Source: Octopus sinensis (taxonomy: Eukaryota). Taken from it: DNA of 64,000 nt. The translations under genes were made by a program, and so were the position numbers. The notes beneath the pieces were generated by a model. That model saw only the letters and a list, made by a program, of their open reading frames with translations, had not been told where the DNA came from and did no database searches. Below, one piece after another: positions 25,941-40,458 of the stretch; the stretch's first letter is position 1; the number at the start of each line of letters is the position of its first letter. The DNA lies in the NCBI RefSeq assembly GCF_006345805.1, contig NC_043006.1:47492001-47556000 (forward strand), in the 5' to 3' direction.

Positions 25941-26251
25941 AGTTGTGCCGGTGTCGATAGTGGTGGGAGTAGCGATAGTTTATTCTATATATAGGTCGAT
26001 TGCCAATGATTTGTTTACATATACATACCCACGCACGCACACATATTCAAATAGGTGGGTGGGATGTGCGTTCCGTTTTGCATGCGCGCGTGTTTGTGTA
26101 TATATATGTGTGTGGTGTGTGCGTGTGTGCGCGTGTGTGTGTGTGTGTATGTGTGTGTGTGTGCGTGTGTGTGTGTGAAAACAGATAGACAGACGTACAG
26201 AAAAAGAGAGAAAAAATTCAAAGAGAGGGAGAGTTACAGAAAAGGGACAGT

Positions 26252-26306
<55 letters not shown>

Positions 26307-26599
26307 TCTAGGAGCTTTGTTTCTGCACGCTAAAGCAAGGTGCCACAATCCGCTGGAGATAATATTAGAAATAGCTGTGTGAATGTTTTATTATATTAGT
26401 GTACCTGTGATTGTATTAATTTCACTGTGTTGTCTCCCATTATAGTAGCTCTCTAGGCCGTATCTATACATTGCTCTGATAATTGGATTGTTCTTTTGTA
26501 GAAGACGTGACTTGAACAGTAACCGAATGGATTGAGAGAGAATACGCATACAAAAACATAATGAAATGTATGAATATGTATTAATAAATACACATACAT

Positions 26600-26630
<31 letters not shown>

Positions 26631-26677
26631 AGTATGTGTGTGTGTATGTAAATACATTCACACACACATATATACAG

Positions 26678-26725
<48 letters not shown>

Positions 26726-26967
26726 CACGGTACATATATGATTTTGTGTGTGAGTAGCTATAAATGTATGCCGCATATATATAATATATATAGAGAGTGA
26801 GAGGGTTATACTACGTACGAGATGAGTATGCAAATATACATATATGTGTGTACATGTATGCACACATACATTCACTCTCTCGCACACACACATATGCATG
26901 CACGTATTGTATATGCATTATGTATGCATATATGTGCGTGTGTACGTGTATGTAAGTATATTCAGAA

Positions 26968-27008
<41 letters not shown>

Positions 27009-28024
27009 TTGATAGATAGATAGATACATACATACATACATACATATATGCATATATACACATACGTATGTATGAATGTAAGTACGTACGTGCGTGTATG
27101 TTCATATACCGTACGCAAAGATGTACTTCCATTTTCTCTCTGTCAGACACATATACCCACAACGTAAAAAAAAAAATACTAGAAAAATAATAGTCTTCAA
27201 TATGCAAATTCTGTGACCCGGATGTAAATATAATTGATTTCAGAATAAGATGAAATAAGCATCGAAAGCAACAGAAGCAATGACGTTAGTACATGGAAAT
27301 CCTGCTTGTGCTGTTATAGCAACTATGCTTTTGTTGTTACTGTTGTTGCTGTTGTTGTTGTTACAGTTGTAGCTTACGTGGCAGTATTCTTCTTCTCGGT
27401 GTTCAATGATGATAATTTGTATTGTTATTGCAGCTTTACATTTATTCAAGGAACATAAAGCAATTTTCGTTCTTCATATTGAATGCTATGCCGCTAGAAA
27501 CACACATTTTAATTTAAAATATTTCTACCAATACAAAAGAAATATACACACAAATATGTCAATACATATATAGAAACACACACACATTCATATATATATA
27601 TATATATATATATATACTCATATACACACACATATATATAAGCAAGCGCGTACATACAAATGTACATTTTCACTTCTACAAAGCGCACACAACATATATA
27701 CACACAGACGAACAACACATATGGAATTCCCATAAATATATATATATATATATATAAAATCTGGACTTAATACTCACATATGAACATATACATAGAGAAA
27801 CACATTCATTTGTCACGCACATATACACAAAAATAAACGCAGTTTTAAAACATTAATAGAAATTTATTCATGCATTGTATCGTAGGTTGCTTTACTAGCA
27901 TTAATTGCTTATGAGTATCATTAAATTACACATGCATACAATTGATATATCTCCGTATGTTCTTGTATGTATGACGGTGTGTGCACATGTGTTTGTATAT
28001 CAATGTATTCAAATGTCTGTCTGA

Positions 28025-28092
<68 letters not shown>

Positions 28093-28772
28093 CTATATAT
28101 ATATAAATTAATCAAAGGATATGCTACGTATGTCTAACTGCTAAAAATAAGTGAAAGCTCTTATTAAAATCGTCAAAATACACTGATAACAACTATAGAA
28201 ATCAACCGTCCGAAGGCAAACGGGCTAAGACAATCTCTCAGTATATATTCAAGTATTTGGACTCGCAGGAACTGCTTTCTTCACTAGTATTAATTCGTTT
28301 TGCACCGAATCATGGTAGCCGCCTGTGTGAAAATAATTTCCTAAACTTTTTTCCTGAAATATTTGTCCCATACTGAATATATATATGCTTAGTGTTCAGA
28401 TGTGTCTGGTAATCCACGACACTTATTATATCGAAAACATCAAGCATTCACTGGATAAGATGGCGTAGAAGGATTACAATTATTGACTAGTTAACCACGC
28501 TTTAACAACCAGATTCGATTCCGTCTCAACTAAATGAGATGAGCTTATGCAAATCAATATCAATCGTATAGAAAGATATGATAAAATATAGGTAACTAAT
28601 GTGATTGTAAATGATAATAATATACCTTTCCTCTGCTAAAAGACCTAAACATGTTAAAGAAATACGATGAAGATATATAATCATTCGTGTCCATTTTATC
28701 CTTTCAATATGTTTTGCTATTTTCAAACTCCTTACAGTAAGAGATTACAATAATCTTCAAATTATACGTATA

Positions 28773-28893
28773 CGAGGTGTATATGAAACGTTTTGAGCTT
28801 TCAAGACCTTTGAGCCTTGACGTCTAGCAACTTCATCAGAAATCTTGTACCACTTTTTTTTTCAAGGTTCAAGACTTTTCATATACACCCCTC

Positions 28894-28894
<1 letters not shown>
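28773..28894. mobile_element. Mariner-type MITE (~122 bp) with TA target-site duplications
   Basis: TA|CGAGGTGTATATGAAACGTTTTGAGC ... GTTCAAGACTTTTCATATACACCCCTCG|TA, imperfect ~27-bp TIRs. Confidence 0.8.
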
Positions 28895-28934
<40 letters not shown>

Positions 28935-29019
28935 TATATTATTAACCCAGAAACACATTCACAAGTAATCTTTCGAGTGAACTTTTGTTATTTTCCCCTC
29001 TATGCCTACGTGAATTGTT

Positions 29020-29245
29020 TTTGAATATACATTGTCTGGGAGACTCTTCTTAAAGTAGAAGAAATAGCTAAATTCTTTGACTGCTCTTTCTAAAAGTTCG
29101 GTGTGTGGTAAAGCAATTTTTTGCTGAACCCTATATTATATAAAATAATGTTTAAATTTACCGTTAAATGGTCCTTTTACATACTGAACACTGCTTGGTA
29201 AAATTATTAATTACCAATTAATTAATTAATTTTACCCTTATTATT
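29020..29245 (+). repeat. Unclassified dispersed repeat, homolog of 11480-11712
   Basis: Shared blocks as listed for 11480. It ends with the palindromic GGTAAAATT...AATTTTACC just before (TA)n. Confidence 0.75.
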
Positions 29246-29257
29246 ATTATTGACTAT

Positions 29258-29308
<51 letters not shown>

Positions 29309-29311
<3 letters not shown>

Positions 29312-29425
29312 CTGCTCGCTTAGCCAGCGGGGTGGCGTCATTCGAAGGCTAAAACAATGCGAACGCATTGTGACCAGCGATATGTAACAACATTTGATGG
29401 TCTGGTCGGTCACGTGATCACGTGA
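29309..29425 (-). mobile_element. 117-bp structured repeat inserted in (TA)n, copy 2
   Basis: Reverse complement of 7881-7997 with 2 substitutions. Confidence 0.85.
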
Positions 29426-29729
29426 TATATATATATATATATATGTGTATGTGTGTGTATACATATATTTTCGATAAGATATATATATGTATTATCGATA
29501 ATATGAATTAGATTCAGGTATTGGGTTATTTGTAGGTGACTATCACACGCATTCAAAAGAAATGCACGAAAATAATATAACTCTCTAAGAAGTGCTGTTT
29601 ATTAAAATATGTCTGGAGTCATATGCGTAATGCGTTTTGTTTGAAATTTCGTGCTTCGAAGCCTGCCTATGACAGTAGAGCATTGTATATAGTTTGTTGA
29701 AGCCTTAAATATTTTCAAATAATGAAAAA

Positions 29730-29990
29730 TTCGAGACGTAGGAAATATAAACGAAGTCTTCTATGTGTGTGGGAAGAATATTGAAGTATCTTCCATTTGA
29801 GCTGTTTCTTTTGAAAACGAAATATACTTTGAAATCTGCGACATAATATCCTATTCATGATTTTGAAATATATGAAGATATTCATAAAAGCTTTTCTTAT
29901 AAGTATTCCTCGTTACACCAATAGGCTTTCCGTCTACTCTCGTTGTATAAGTACATCGTAGCAGACCATAGTAAAGCTTTTGGAAGTTAC
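29730..29990 (-). mobile_element. Penelope-like GIY-YIG endonuclease remnant
   Basis: Reads PIGVTRNTYKKSFYEYLHIFQNHE*DIMSQISKYI...LKWKILQ, resembling the PLE motif YIG.T..TFK.R...H...F...SKYIW...W.IL. Confidence 0.55.
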
Positions 29991-30385
29991 CAATAACTGA
30001 ATAACTATTCGTGATAATGTAATTAAATATATGGTAAGGTAATTTACCAATTCGCACCTATCAATTCTGCGCTATTTGAATTATTATAAAATTGAATTTA
30101 AAATTAAAAGAGGTTTATGAAATATTTCGCAGTTATTCAAAATCTAAAGTTAGAATATAAATTAGTTTAAATGCAAAAATCATACTTAGTCTATTTTTAG
30201 GATACGTAAAATTGGATCTGAAGCTATATTGAATTTTAAGTGTAAATCTGTAAATCTGTACAACAAAGTCACCTAATAACAATAACTGCTCCTGGATGTG
30301 GACGCATATGAACATATTTATACTAGGTCTTAAACTGTGGAATAATTTGTTAGTGACTATATTTTTAACATATTATATTTCGTTA

Positions 30386-30600
30386 AAGCGATGAGCTGAC
30401 AGAAACGTTACAACGCTCGGGGAAAATACTTACCGGTATTTCATCATTCTTTTCTTTCTGTGTTCAAATGCCGGCGGGGTCTACTATGTCTTTCATCTTC
30501 TTGGGGTCGATGAAATAAGTATAAGTTGAACATTGTCTTCAATGTAATCGCCTTATTATTCCTCTAGAAATGCTGGCCTTGTACCAAAATTTTAGATCAT
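30386..30600 (+). mobile_element. SINE family B, diverged monomer
   Basis: GAGCTGACAGAAACGTT...GTTCAAATGCCGGCGGGGTC...GGGGTCGATGAAATAAGT...GGCCTTGTACC. Confidence 0.7.
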
Positions 30601-31467
30601 TATAATAATTTCCTGAATGTACTTAAAGGCTTCGTTTAGCAGAACAAAGAGCCACAAATATGTTTGATATATAAGGTTACAAAATGCAATGTTTTAAAAT
30701 AACGATAATAAGGAAGATGATGACGAGGTGGAGATTTTCACGTCTTTACAAAATCGGTGAAGAGTATTACGAAAGAATAACAAAAATTGCATGCGATAAA
30801 GATTCGTGCATTATACATAAAAGTGGTGATAGGATAATGTTACAGAAAATCTTCATGCCAGCATTCATGAACGAACACAAAAAAATTGGACGAGAGCACT
30901 GTACTATCTCCTTAAATTTCCTTACAAAATATAACTTAAATGCGACGGTTGCAGGCTTCACTGGAATGTTATGAATCCGCCTGCTGTCGTTTTAGCCTTG
31001 TCCATAGCACATCTGTCATCAGGACCAATAATAATAATACTTTCAGCAACAATAACACTTTCAAATTTTCACAAATGGCCGCGTATTAAAATGGTGATTA
31101 TTTTATCAATTGCTAAAAGATTAAAGCCGAAGTGATCATCGGTGGCATGTAACATCCGAGCGTAAACAACCGGAAATGCCGTTATGCCATGTGACCAATA
31201 TGATAATGCTTCTGCCACATGCCTTTTGTTTCCAATTTTGGCAAAATGCTGGCAAATTTATAGGAGATGACAGCCAATTACATCGATCCCTGTACCTGGA
31301 TGGTGTGTATTTTATCGAGCTCGAAGGAATAAAACGTAAAGTCGACCACCGTACAGTTAGGACTCATGGGGGGGGGGTGAGCACGAAAACATAACTCAAC
31401 GCAATTTTTGGTTTGTGTTTTAAAAATTGTGTTGCTCTGTTGCCATAATAATACTTTCTACTACAAG

Positions 31468-31622
31468 CGCAAAACCTGAAATTTGTGAGGAGCAGGCTAG
31501 TCTATTACATCGACCTCCAGTGCTCCATTGGCACTTATTTCATAGATTTAAAAAGGATGAGAATCAAAGCCGATCTCGGCAGATTTTGTATTCTTAGCGT
31601 AATGGTTGGCGAAATGCTACTA
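31468..31622 (-). mobile_element. SINE family B, diverged partial copy
   Basis: Reverse complement of the B body (ATTACATCGACCTCCAGTGC...AAAAGGATGAGAATCAAAGCCGATCTCGGC). Confidence 0.65.
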
Positions 31623-31910
31623 TGGAGGGACAATAAGGAACAGAGCAAGAATTAATTACGTATACACGATTAAGGTGATGATGGAGACGACGAATGTTAT
31701 AAAGATAATGAGCATGATGATGATAATGAGTTCGAAGAAGAGATAGACCATCATTATCGTCGTCGTTGTCGTCGTCGTCATCATCATCATCATCGTTATC
31801 ATGGTGATCACCATGATCATGACCAGAATCATCATCATTACTATCATCACATTGTACATCTTCATTTTCCTGATGGTTATGATAAGATTAAATTGTATAC
31901 TATTATTACG

Positions 31911-32158
31911 CTTTTACTCGTTTCAGTCATTTGACTTTAGCCATGATGGAGCACCGCCTTTAGTCGATCGAGCAAATCGCCGCCAGGACTTATTCTTTGT
32001 AAGCCTAGTAATTATTCTATCCATCTCTTTTCCCGAACCACTAAGTTACGGGGACGTAAACACACTAGCATCGGTTGTCAAATGATGTTGGGGGGACAAA
32101 CACAGGCACACTAACATATACACATACACACATGCATACATATATATATATGTATGTG

Positions 32159-32190
<32 letters not shown>

Positions 32191-32389
32191 ATTATATATA
32201 TATATATATATATACATACATACATACATATATACGACGAGCTTCTTTCATTTTCCGTATACCGAATCTACTTACAAAGCTTTGGTCAGCCCGGGGCTAT
32301 AGCAGAAGACACTTGTCGAAGGTGCCACGCAGTGGGACTGAACCTGGAACCATGTGGTTCGTAAGCAAGCTACTTATCACACAGCCACT
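31911..32389 (-). mobile_element. SINE family A, full length with an expanded central microsatellite
   Basis: Head at 32389 (AGTGGCTGTGTGATAAGTAGCTTGCTTACGAACCACATGGTTCCAGGTTCAGTCCCACTGCG) and tail at 31911. Confidence 0.9.
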
Positions 32390-32795
32390 GTATGTATATG
32401 ATAATGAAAAAAAGATAAATGCAATGAGGCTAGTTGGACAGTGATTGTACTTAGAATGATATTGATGATGAGAAAAGGGAAAGGAAGAGGAGGAGAGGAA
32501 GGATGAAGATCAGGGTGGGAAGGAAAAGGATAACGTGGAGGAGGAGAAAGCTGTACTGGATTATAATGTTTGGATGCTGGTGATAAGAGAGTTGTACATA
32601 TTAATGTTAAGTTTAATGGAAACAAAAAATTATTTCGTTTTAACACATAATAAAGAGCAAAGCAGTTTTATTGGAATTAGACTGGTATTTTATTGATAAA
32701 ACATCTCCACTCTGACTCAACGAAAATAAACCGAATTATTCTTAGATAAACATCTGCATGAAGAACTAAAACTAATTACGAAATATATGTGGATG

Positions 32796-32853
<58 letters not shown>

Positions 32854-32953
32854 ATATATATATGCATACACACAAGCACAAACACATACATACACATATA
32901 TTTGACTATGTTTATAAGCATATGCATCTACTTATAGTCTACATTCATCACTT

Positions 32954-33016
<63 letters not shown>

Positions 33017-33709
33017 AATGAATATACTTGCAAATGTCGGGAGATAAGTAGTATACGCTCGCTAAGATTAATTTGTAGTTTTATTACCCATTGTATATTA
33101 CACAGATATAATTCTCTGATTCTTAGAATGTTTTATTGTGAAATCGACGGAAAAATGTTGTGCTGTGTTGCAGAAGTTACGTGTATTTAAATGTTTACTG
33201 TTTAAATAGAAAGACATGATATATATATAGAGAAAACGCTATTTTCTTTTTGATAAAAATATACATTGAAAATGTTGTGGAAAATGTTTTACTGCAAGGA
33301 AAATTTTAATTAGGAATACTTGTAATATTTTTTACTATATTTTAGATTATTATATACGTACCTGCTTCTTATACTCATTCAAACTGAATCATTAAAAATG
33401 CTATAATCGAAAGGGAAATAAATGATATAAGACAGAAAATATGAACTGATTTTGTGTAAGCAAAAAGGAGAGAAGTTAAAACGAGAAGGAAAAATGGAAG
33501 AAACTGAAAAAAAAAAAAAGTATTGAAATGAGCTTACATAGAAACTTACATATATTATGGTATTCATATACATACACACACATAATACAACACAACGCAA
33601 CACACACAGAAGACGGTAGTGTTGGGATACCGGAAGAGTCACGAATTGATGGCCGTCGATTGCTTCATTACAGGATAATGAGAAAAATATACAAAACACG
33701 GGCGTGCGT

Positions 33710-33863
<154 letters not shown>

Positions 33864-35516
33864 TTCACAAGCACACAGACAAGACATACATATATGAATA
33901 TTTACGTATTTGTGTAGCCATATGCAAGAATTAAAAATTAATTTTTTAAATATCGTGTGAGTATTTGTAAATATGTGCATGCTTATGTGTTTTTGCACGA
34001 GCGTTTCCATATGTTATTCCGGTTATATACTCATTTCCTTATGATTAATATTCAGTTATAAAATTTTGACTCAAGTCTACGTTCAACCTCCTCATTCTTA
34101 TAAACACGAAGTAGATAAGGAACTCGCTTTGTGACCATGAGTGCCCCAAACCTTACGTGTGCGTATGCTCGCATTTTCGCCTGCTTTAAGACAATCAATA
34201 GCTTATTGCAGATGATCATGAAAGTTATAGCAACCTTGAGACTCAAATGAATTCTGTTGAGATTATTTTCCCATTTAATCGAAATATTTTATAAATAATA
34301 TTAGTAAAGTACATTACAAAACCTCATTGTTTTTTGGTTTCAATCGACGAAGCAACTTATTATAAATGCAAATATATCAAACGACATTGAAAATGTTAAG
34401 ATAATGTATACCTAAATATCTTTCACTTAATTTTGAGCAGAAGTATCACTCAATCAATAAAATTCGCAACATTTCCCCTTTAAGCGTTATATTTAATATT
34501 ACTAAAACATTCCTAAAGCAACTTCATAAAACTCGTAACACAAGCAGAATATAAATTGACTTTGGCTTAAGGTACATTCAGTAACAAAATTTATGGTTCC
34601 TTAAGCAAATGAAGCGTTAATATATTCGTGAAGATGTTACTTACACAACACAGAAACTTCTGGTAACATGGCGGAAGACAAATCTTATGAATGTTATTTC
34701 TCAACAATTTCTTCAAATGTAGATTAAAACGAAATATATAAACTCTATACAGTTATGTCAAATATATTAGATATCGAAAGGAATTCATTTTCCAAATTGA
34801 AATCATATACAAACGTGTAAAATATGCACTTTTCATAAAGCTAGCAATAACCTCACAGAACTATTCAATAAATGCAACACATTAAAAAGTAACTGCTAAA
34901 TTACTGGAAGATAATTAAACATTCATCAGCAGACCAACAATTATTTCTTTTATATATGCACTTCATCTTTTCACCTCACACCTGTTATCTTTACACAAAT
35001 TCCGCATAGATCATCACATGTTTAAGCATTTTCAGTTCCTGTGCCGCATATTAATTGAATATCCTGATCTCGGTATCCGTTTTGCCATTCTATATTCCTA
35101 TATAATCCTTTATATTGTTCTTCTATTTTTAATGTATTTCATTTTTCACACTGTTTTCGTTGTGCATTTATACATCCATATCTGTTAATGGTTATTTTTA
35201 ATGCCTTTCTCGCTGGATTGTCTGTTTGTTTTGCTTTTTGCCATCTGTGATTTTATTTTTTGATCTTCTACACAAATGAAGATATTTCCACCGTCTGGCT
35301 ACTTGTCTCTCTACAAAAAGAAAAGTTACATTGAGGAATAGTCGTTTAAAACGATTTGTATTTATTTATCAGCCGACGAGATACATCTGCACTACCGGAA
35401 GCTCCTGAACCAGTCGTTGAGTGTCCCGCCCAAGAGGAATCGATGCTAGATTTGTCAAAACAATTGTCATGATTAATTATAAATTCTCTTATATTCCTTC
35501 TTCTGTCTTTCACTTG

Positions 35517-35572
<56 letters not shown>

Positions 35573-35617
35573 ATATATATATATATTATATATATATATG
35601 TATATATATATGTATCA

Positions 35618-35767
35618 GTAGTGACTGTGTGGTAAGTAGCTTGCTTACCAACCAAATGGTTCCGGGTTCAGACTCGTTGCGTGACACCCTGGGCAAGTGT
35701 CTTCTACTATAGCCACGGGCCGACCAAAGCCTTGTGAGTGGATTTGGTAGACGGAAACTGAAAGAAG

Positions 35768-35835
<68 letters not shown>

Positions 35836-36050
35836 GGTGTGTGTGCGTGTGTGTGTGTGTATCTGAGTTTGTCCTCCCCACCATCGCTTGGCAACCGATG
35901 CTGATCTGTTTACATCCCCGTAACTTAGCAGTTCAGCAAAAATGACCGATATAAATACAAATAATAAGTCGATTTGTTCGACTAAAGGCGGAGCTCCAGC
36001 ATGGCTGCAGTCAGATGAGTGAGACAAGTAAAAGAATAAAAGTAAAAGAA
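35618..36050 (+). mobile_element. SINE family A, full length
   Basis: Head GTGACTGTGTGGTAAGTAGCTTGCTTACCAACC, CORE-like CCCTGGGCAAGTGTCTT, central (TA)n(TG)n, and tail GGCGGAGCTCCAGCATGGC. Confidence 0.9.
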
Positions 36051-36076
36051 TATATATATACATACATATTATATAT

Positions 36077-36126
<50 letters not shown>

Positions 36127-36569
36127 TATCTACATACATATATATGTGTGTGTATGTGTATGTGTGTGTGTATGTGCGTGTGTGTGTCTGTATGTGTGTG
36201 TGTGTGTGTGTGTGTGCCTGTGTATTCCTGGCTGCCTGTGAGGCTATCTGACGTATGAGTGTCTGCTACGAGGTTATTGTCATACTGGATATAGGTATTA
36301 GTTGGAACAAAGATAACGAAAATCTTTGAAACTGTGGGGTACAATTATGGGCGCTAGTATGTGTGTGATGTACAAAGGAGGTGTGTATTTGCGGATTCGT
36401 GTGTCTACCTGTGTATGTGTAAGAAAAAGGGAATGTGTGTGTGTGTATGGGTGCATATATGTGATGTTTGAACGTAAATGCTGTATATAGTTAGGTAACA
36501 AACTAAACGGTGCAGCGTAGCGTAGGGATAGAAGTTAGTGTGTGGATGGTAGAAGTTGAGGGAAAAGGT

Positions 36570-37450
36570 AAGAGGTGTGGGTGTGTGTAATTAGCTGTGG
36601 AAGAATGGTTTAAATGAAGAGGCGTAGGGAAATTTGATCTTGAGGAACACTTTCTTGCTCCAGAACGAAGCGGGTATACGGGCGGCCATTGGACAAGTGT
36701 AGTACGAACACAGGAAAATAGATAAATGTTGCAGGAAATGACACTCGAGTGGGAATGGTGCGAAACAAGGGCTCATTGCCGAGTGCGATGTCCTTAAATT
36801 CTTCGGCAGAAACGTTTAGCCATAGTCGGCCGATTTGTCCGATGTATGAAGAGTAGCTAAGAGAACAATGAATGCCTTAAATCAAATTAATAAAGTTTCA
36901 AATAAATGAGTTGGTGATGTGAGAGTACCCATGTGGATGGTGGTGTTGGAAATGAAGGAACATTTGCGGAAGCATGGGCGCGATTAAGGGAATGAGACAT
37001 GGTGTGTGTTAGACGTGGCGGGGAAAGCAAAGGGCCACTTGGTCGCTTAGGTTGTAGGCGTATTTGAATGGGGAGAGAAATGGATTGAAAAATATGTGAG
37101 ATGAAATGGTGCATGGGATAAGGGTTGATGAAAAATGCGTAAAATGGAGGGGTAGTAGGATAAAGGGAACCGAGTAGAAGGATGGTTCTGAGGATAGGGG
37201 GCGGATGCACGATCAACAGACGGGGCACGGGCAAGTGCGGTTTGGGTACAGGTTCGAAGTTACCCAGTTGGTTGAAGTCACAAACCAGGAGTCATGATCG
37301 TCAGAGAAAAGTCGAGGAAGACGAAAAAACTGTGTAATGAATGGATAGGTTGGTGTGCTTAAGGTGCTAGGAGAATCAGTTGAGGTAAGAGTCTGTGATA
37401 TTCTTGTGGGCAGAAGCGGTAAGAGAGAAGTATTTGATCACAATGCAAAT
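36570..37450 (-). mobile_element. Penelope-like element remnant spanning the RT C-terminus to the GIY-YIG endonuclease
   Basis: HKNITDSYLN*FS*HLKHTNLSIHY...FFRLPRLFSDDHD resembles YKPTDSHSYL...HP.H.K.SIPYSQFLRLRR.CSD. IHCSLSYSSYIGQIGRL resembles the YIGQTGR GIY-YIG motif. Confidence 0.75.
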
Positions 37451-37493
37451 ATCTAGGGAATTAGAATTAGAACTGCTGGAGCCTGATTCTTTT

Positions 37494-37908
37494 CTACACT
37501 AGGTACAAGGCCCGAAATTTTGGGTAAGGGGGACCAGTCGATTACATCGACCCCAATACGCAACTGGTACATAATTTATCGACATCGAAAGGATGTAGGC
37601 AAAGTCGACCTCGGCGGAATTTGAACTCAGAACGTAAAGACGGACGAAATACCGCTTAGCATTTCGCCCGGCGTGCTAACGTTTCTTATTTCTTTATCAC
37701 CCACAAGGGGCTAAACATACAGAGGACAAACAAGGACAGACAAAGGGATTAAGTCGCTACATCGACCCCAGTGCGTAACTGGTATTTATTTAATCGACTC
37801 CGAAAAGATGAAGGGCTAATTCGACCTCGGCGGAATTTGAACTCAGAAAGTAAAGACAGACGAAAACATTTCGCCAGGTGTGCTAACGCTTCTGCCAGCT
37901 CGGCGGAG
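37494..37908 (-). mobile_element. SINE family B dimer
   Basis: Two units are joined by the same linker and AAGAAATAA|GAAACGTTAGC junction as in 14309-15025. The second unit ends in the monomer-type tail GGGCCTTGTACCTAGTGTAGAAAG. Confidence 0.85.
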
Positions 37909-38392
37909 CCTGATAAGGAGACGGTCAAGTGCGGGTTATGCGTGTAAATATAAATACATACATACATACATACATACATACATACATACATACATACATA
38001 CATACATAAATACTTATATAGGAAGCCTGAAACGAAATGTGCGTGAAAGATTTTCAGATTTACGTATACAAACTTTCAAATATTTTGCTGAAAATATAGA
38101 TGTGGCAGGTTCTTTGTGTGCATTTTTGTGCCTATATGTCTGTGCGTGTGTGTGCGTATGTGTGAGCATCTGCGCGTCCGTGGGTGCGTATATATGGCTG
38201 GAAGGGCAGAGATGCTTCTGTGTGAATATGCATGCTTTTGCGTGCGTATATAATTCATGTGGTTTTGTTGTTAAAGCAAAATGAAATACCTAGGGAAATT
38301 ATCAGATATATCTTTTTATCGTTTATCTATGAATATATCTTAAGACAAAAAAATAAATGCGAAAATGTGTTTGTTATTGATAGCAATACAAG

Positions 38393-38467
<75 letters not shown>

Positions 38468-38473
38468 TGTGTA

Positions 38474-38511
<38 letters not shown>

Positions 38512-39661
38512 GTGTCTTTCTTCAGATTTTAACCTATATGCATATCAGCAGAAACTATGGAAAGTGTAGTTAAATCACACTCAACACAGACAGACATATA
38601 TGCACATACTCACATATATGGGATTATTATACCATTGTACATATGTATACGTAAATACACACCCACGCACCTAGACGCACAGACTAACAGAAATACATAT
38701 ATATATATATATATATGAATGTGAATGCGTGTATGGGTATGTGCGTATGTGTATGTGTATGTGTGCATGCATACTTATATTCACGTGTGTATATGTTTAT
38801 GAAGAAAAAGGGAAATGCATGCATATATTATATCGTTTACACGTACATGAGTTTGTATGTGTGCGTGTATGTGTGTGTATGTGTATAATGAGAGAAAGGG
38901 CGAGGGAGACAGAAAACGAGAAAAAGAAAAAGTAAGCGAGATAGAAGGCGAGAGAAAGAGAGAGAAGGCGGGAGAGAGAGAGAGAGACAGATGCGATATA
39001 TTTTCATGTGCATGCATTTGTATGTGTGTATCCGTGTGTGTGTTTATCAGTGTTTGTGTGTATGTATGTATGCATGTATGTGTATACGCTTGTGCCTATG
39101 TGTGCGTGCATGTGTGTGTGTGTGCGTGTGTGAGTGTGTCGTGCGTTGCACGTATACACAACAAAGGCAGAAAAGCATATATGTAATGTGCGGTGTTATA
39201 CCTTTGTACGCTCATACGGACAATGTTTTAAATACGAAATATGCGTGTATGAAAGATAAATATATGAATGTATTTTGCGAGTGATTACTCCTGTACAAGC
39301 GGTGGGGCCATGGCGAGCGTTCGGGAATGATTCTAAAATTAAATAAAATCTCGCTGCACATCTGTATCATTGCTTCATTTTATAAACTATTTCAACTTTT
39401 AAATACACGTGTTGATAGATGTAGCGTGTGTATTTCATTGTATGTTTTAACAAAGGTAGATTCTCAAAGTATTTATGTACATCATTACTGCATTCATATA
39501 TTCCTTCATATAATTATATATATATCAATCTATCTATATATAAACACTCTCACATCTTTAAAGTAATATTCAATATATGTATGTGTGTGTATATCTATAT
39601 ATATATTTATATGCATGACATGTATTTCAGGACTCATACTAACATACACGTGCATCTGAAG

Positions 39662-39702
<41 letters not shown>

Positions 39703-40102
39703 ATTGTCGAATCAGTTTTATGGTCTCTAACTTGGCAATTTCGTGTCAATGAAAATGTTTAAATGTTCTTGTAACACGAAATTCGTTCACTATTTGAATA
39801 TGCAAATATTTATGTTGTTTATCGATCCTTTTTTATTTTCACCGAATTCAAAAATACATTTTATATGCCCTTTATAGAGAAATGGTCATGTACGGAAACA
39901 CAGACACACAACGAATGTAAAGACCGACATATATAGGGAATAGAATAAAGTGTGTATGTATGTACGTGTGTGTGTTTGTATGTATAAGTTAGCATATATA
40001 TTCATGCGTATGTATTTTTAGTTCTGAATATGCATGTAATAAATAAATATGTATATGTATACATGTATGAGTGTGTTTATATATATATATATATATATAT
40101 AT

Positions 40103-40136
<34 letters not shown>

Positions 40137-40397
40137 ATAGATAGATAGATAGATAGAAAGACAGATAGATTAGATAGATGGATATATATATATATTATAT
40201 ATATATATTATATATATATATATATACATATATTTGCATATATGCAAATGTATATATACATATGCCAGTGTTTGAAGTGTTCGTGTGCATTGTCCCCATC
40301 GTTTGTGATGAAATACACGTATGTACATACATGCATATAAATGTAAGAGTATACATATATACATGCATGGATATATACACACACATATTTGTATATG

Positions 40398-40458
<61 letters not shown>

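Noticed and set aside
27250-27450. Frame with a TM-like Val run (…CLCCYSNYAFVVTVVAVVVV…)
   Set aside because: The hydrophobic stretch comes from a (GTT)n microsatellite, and there is no donor site or start.
30684-30974. 96-aa non-repetitive ORF
   Set aside because: No recognisable motif, no convincing splice sites and no similar partner exon, so I cannot distinguish it from chance.
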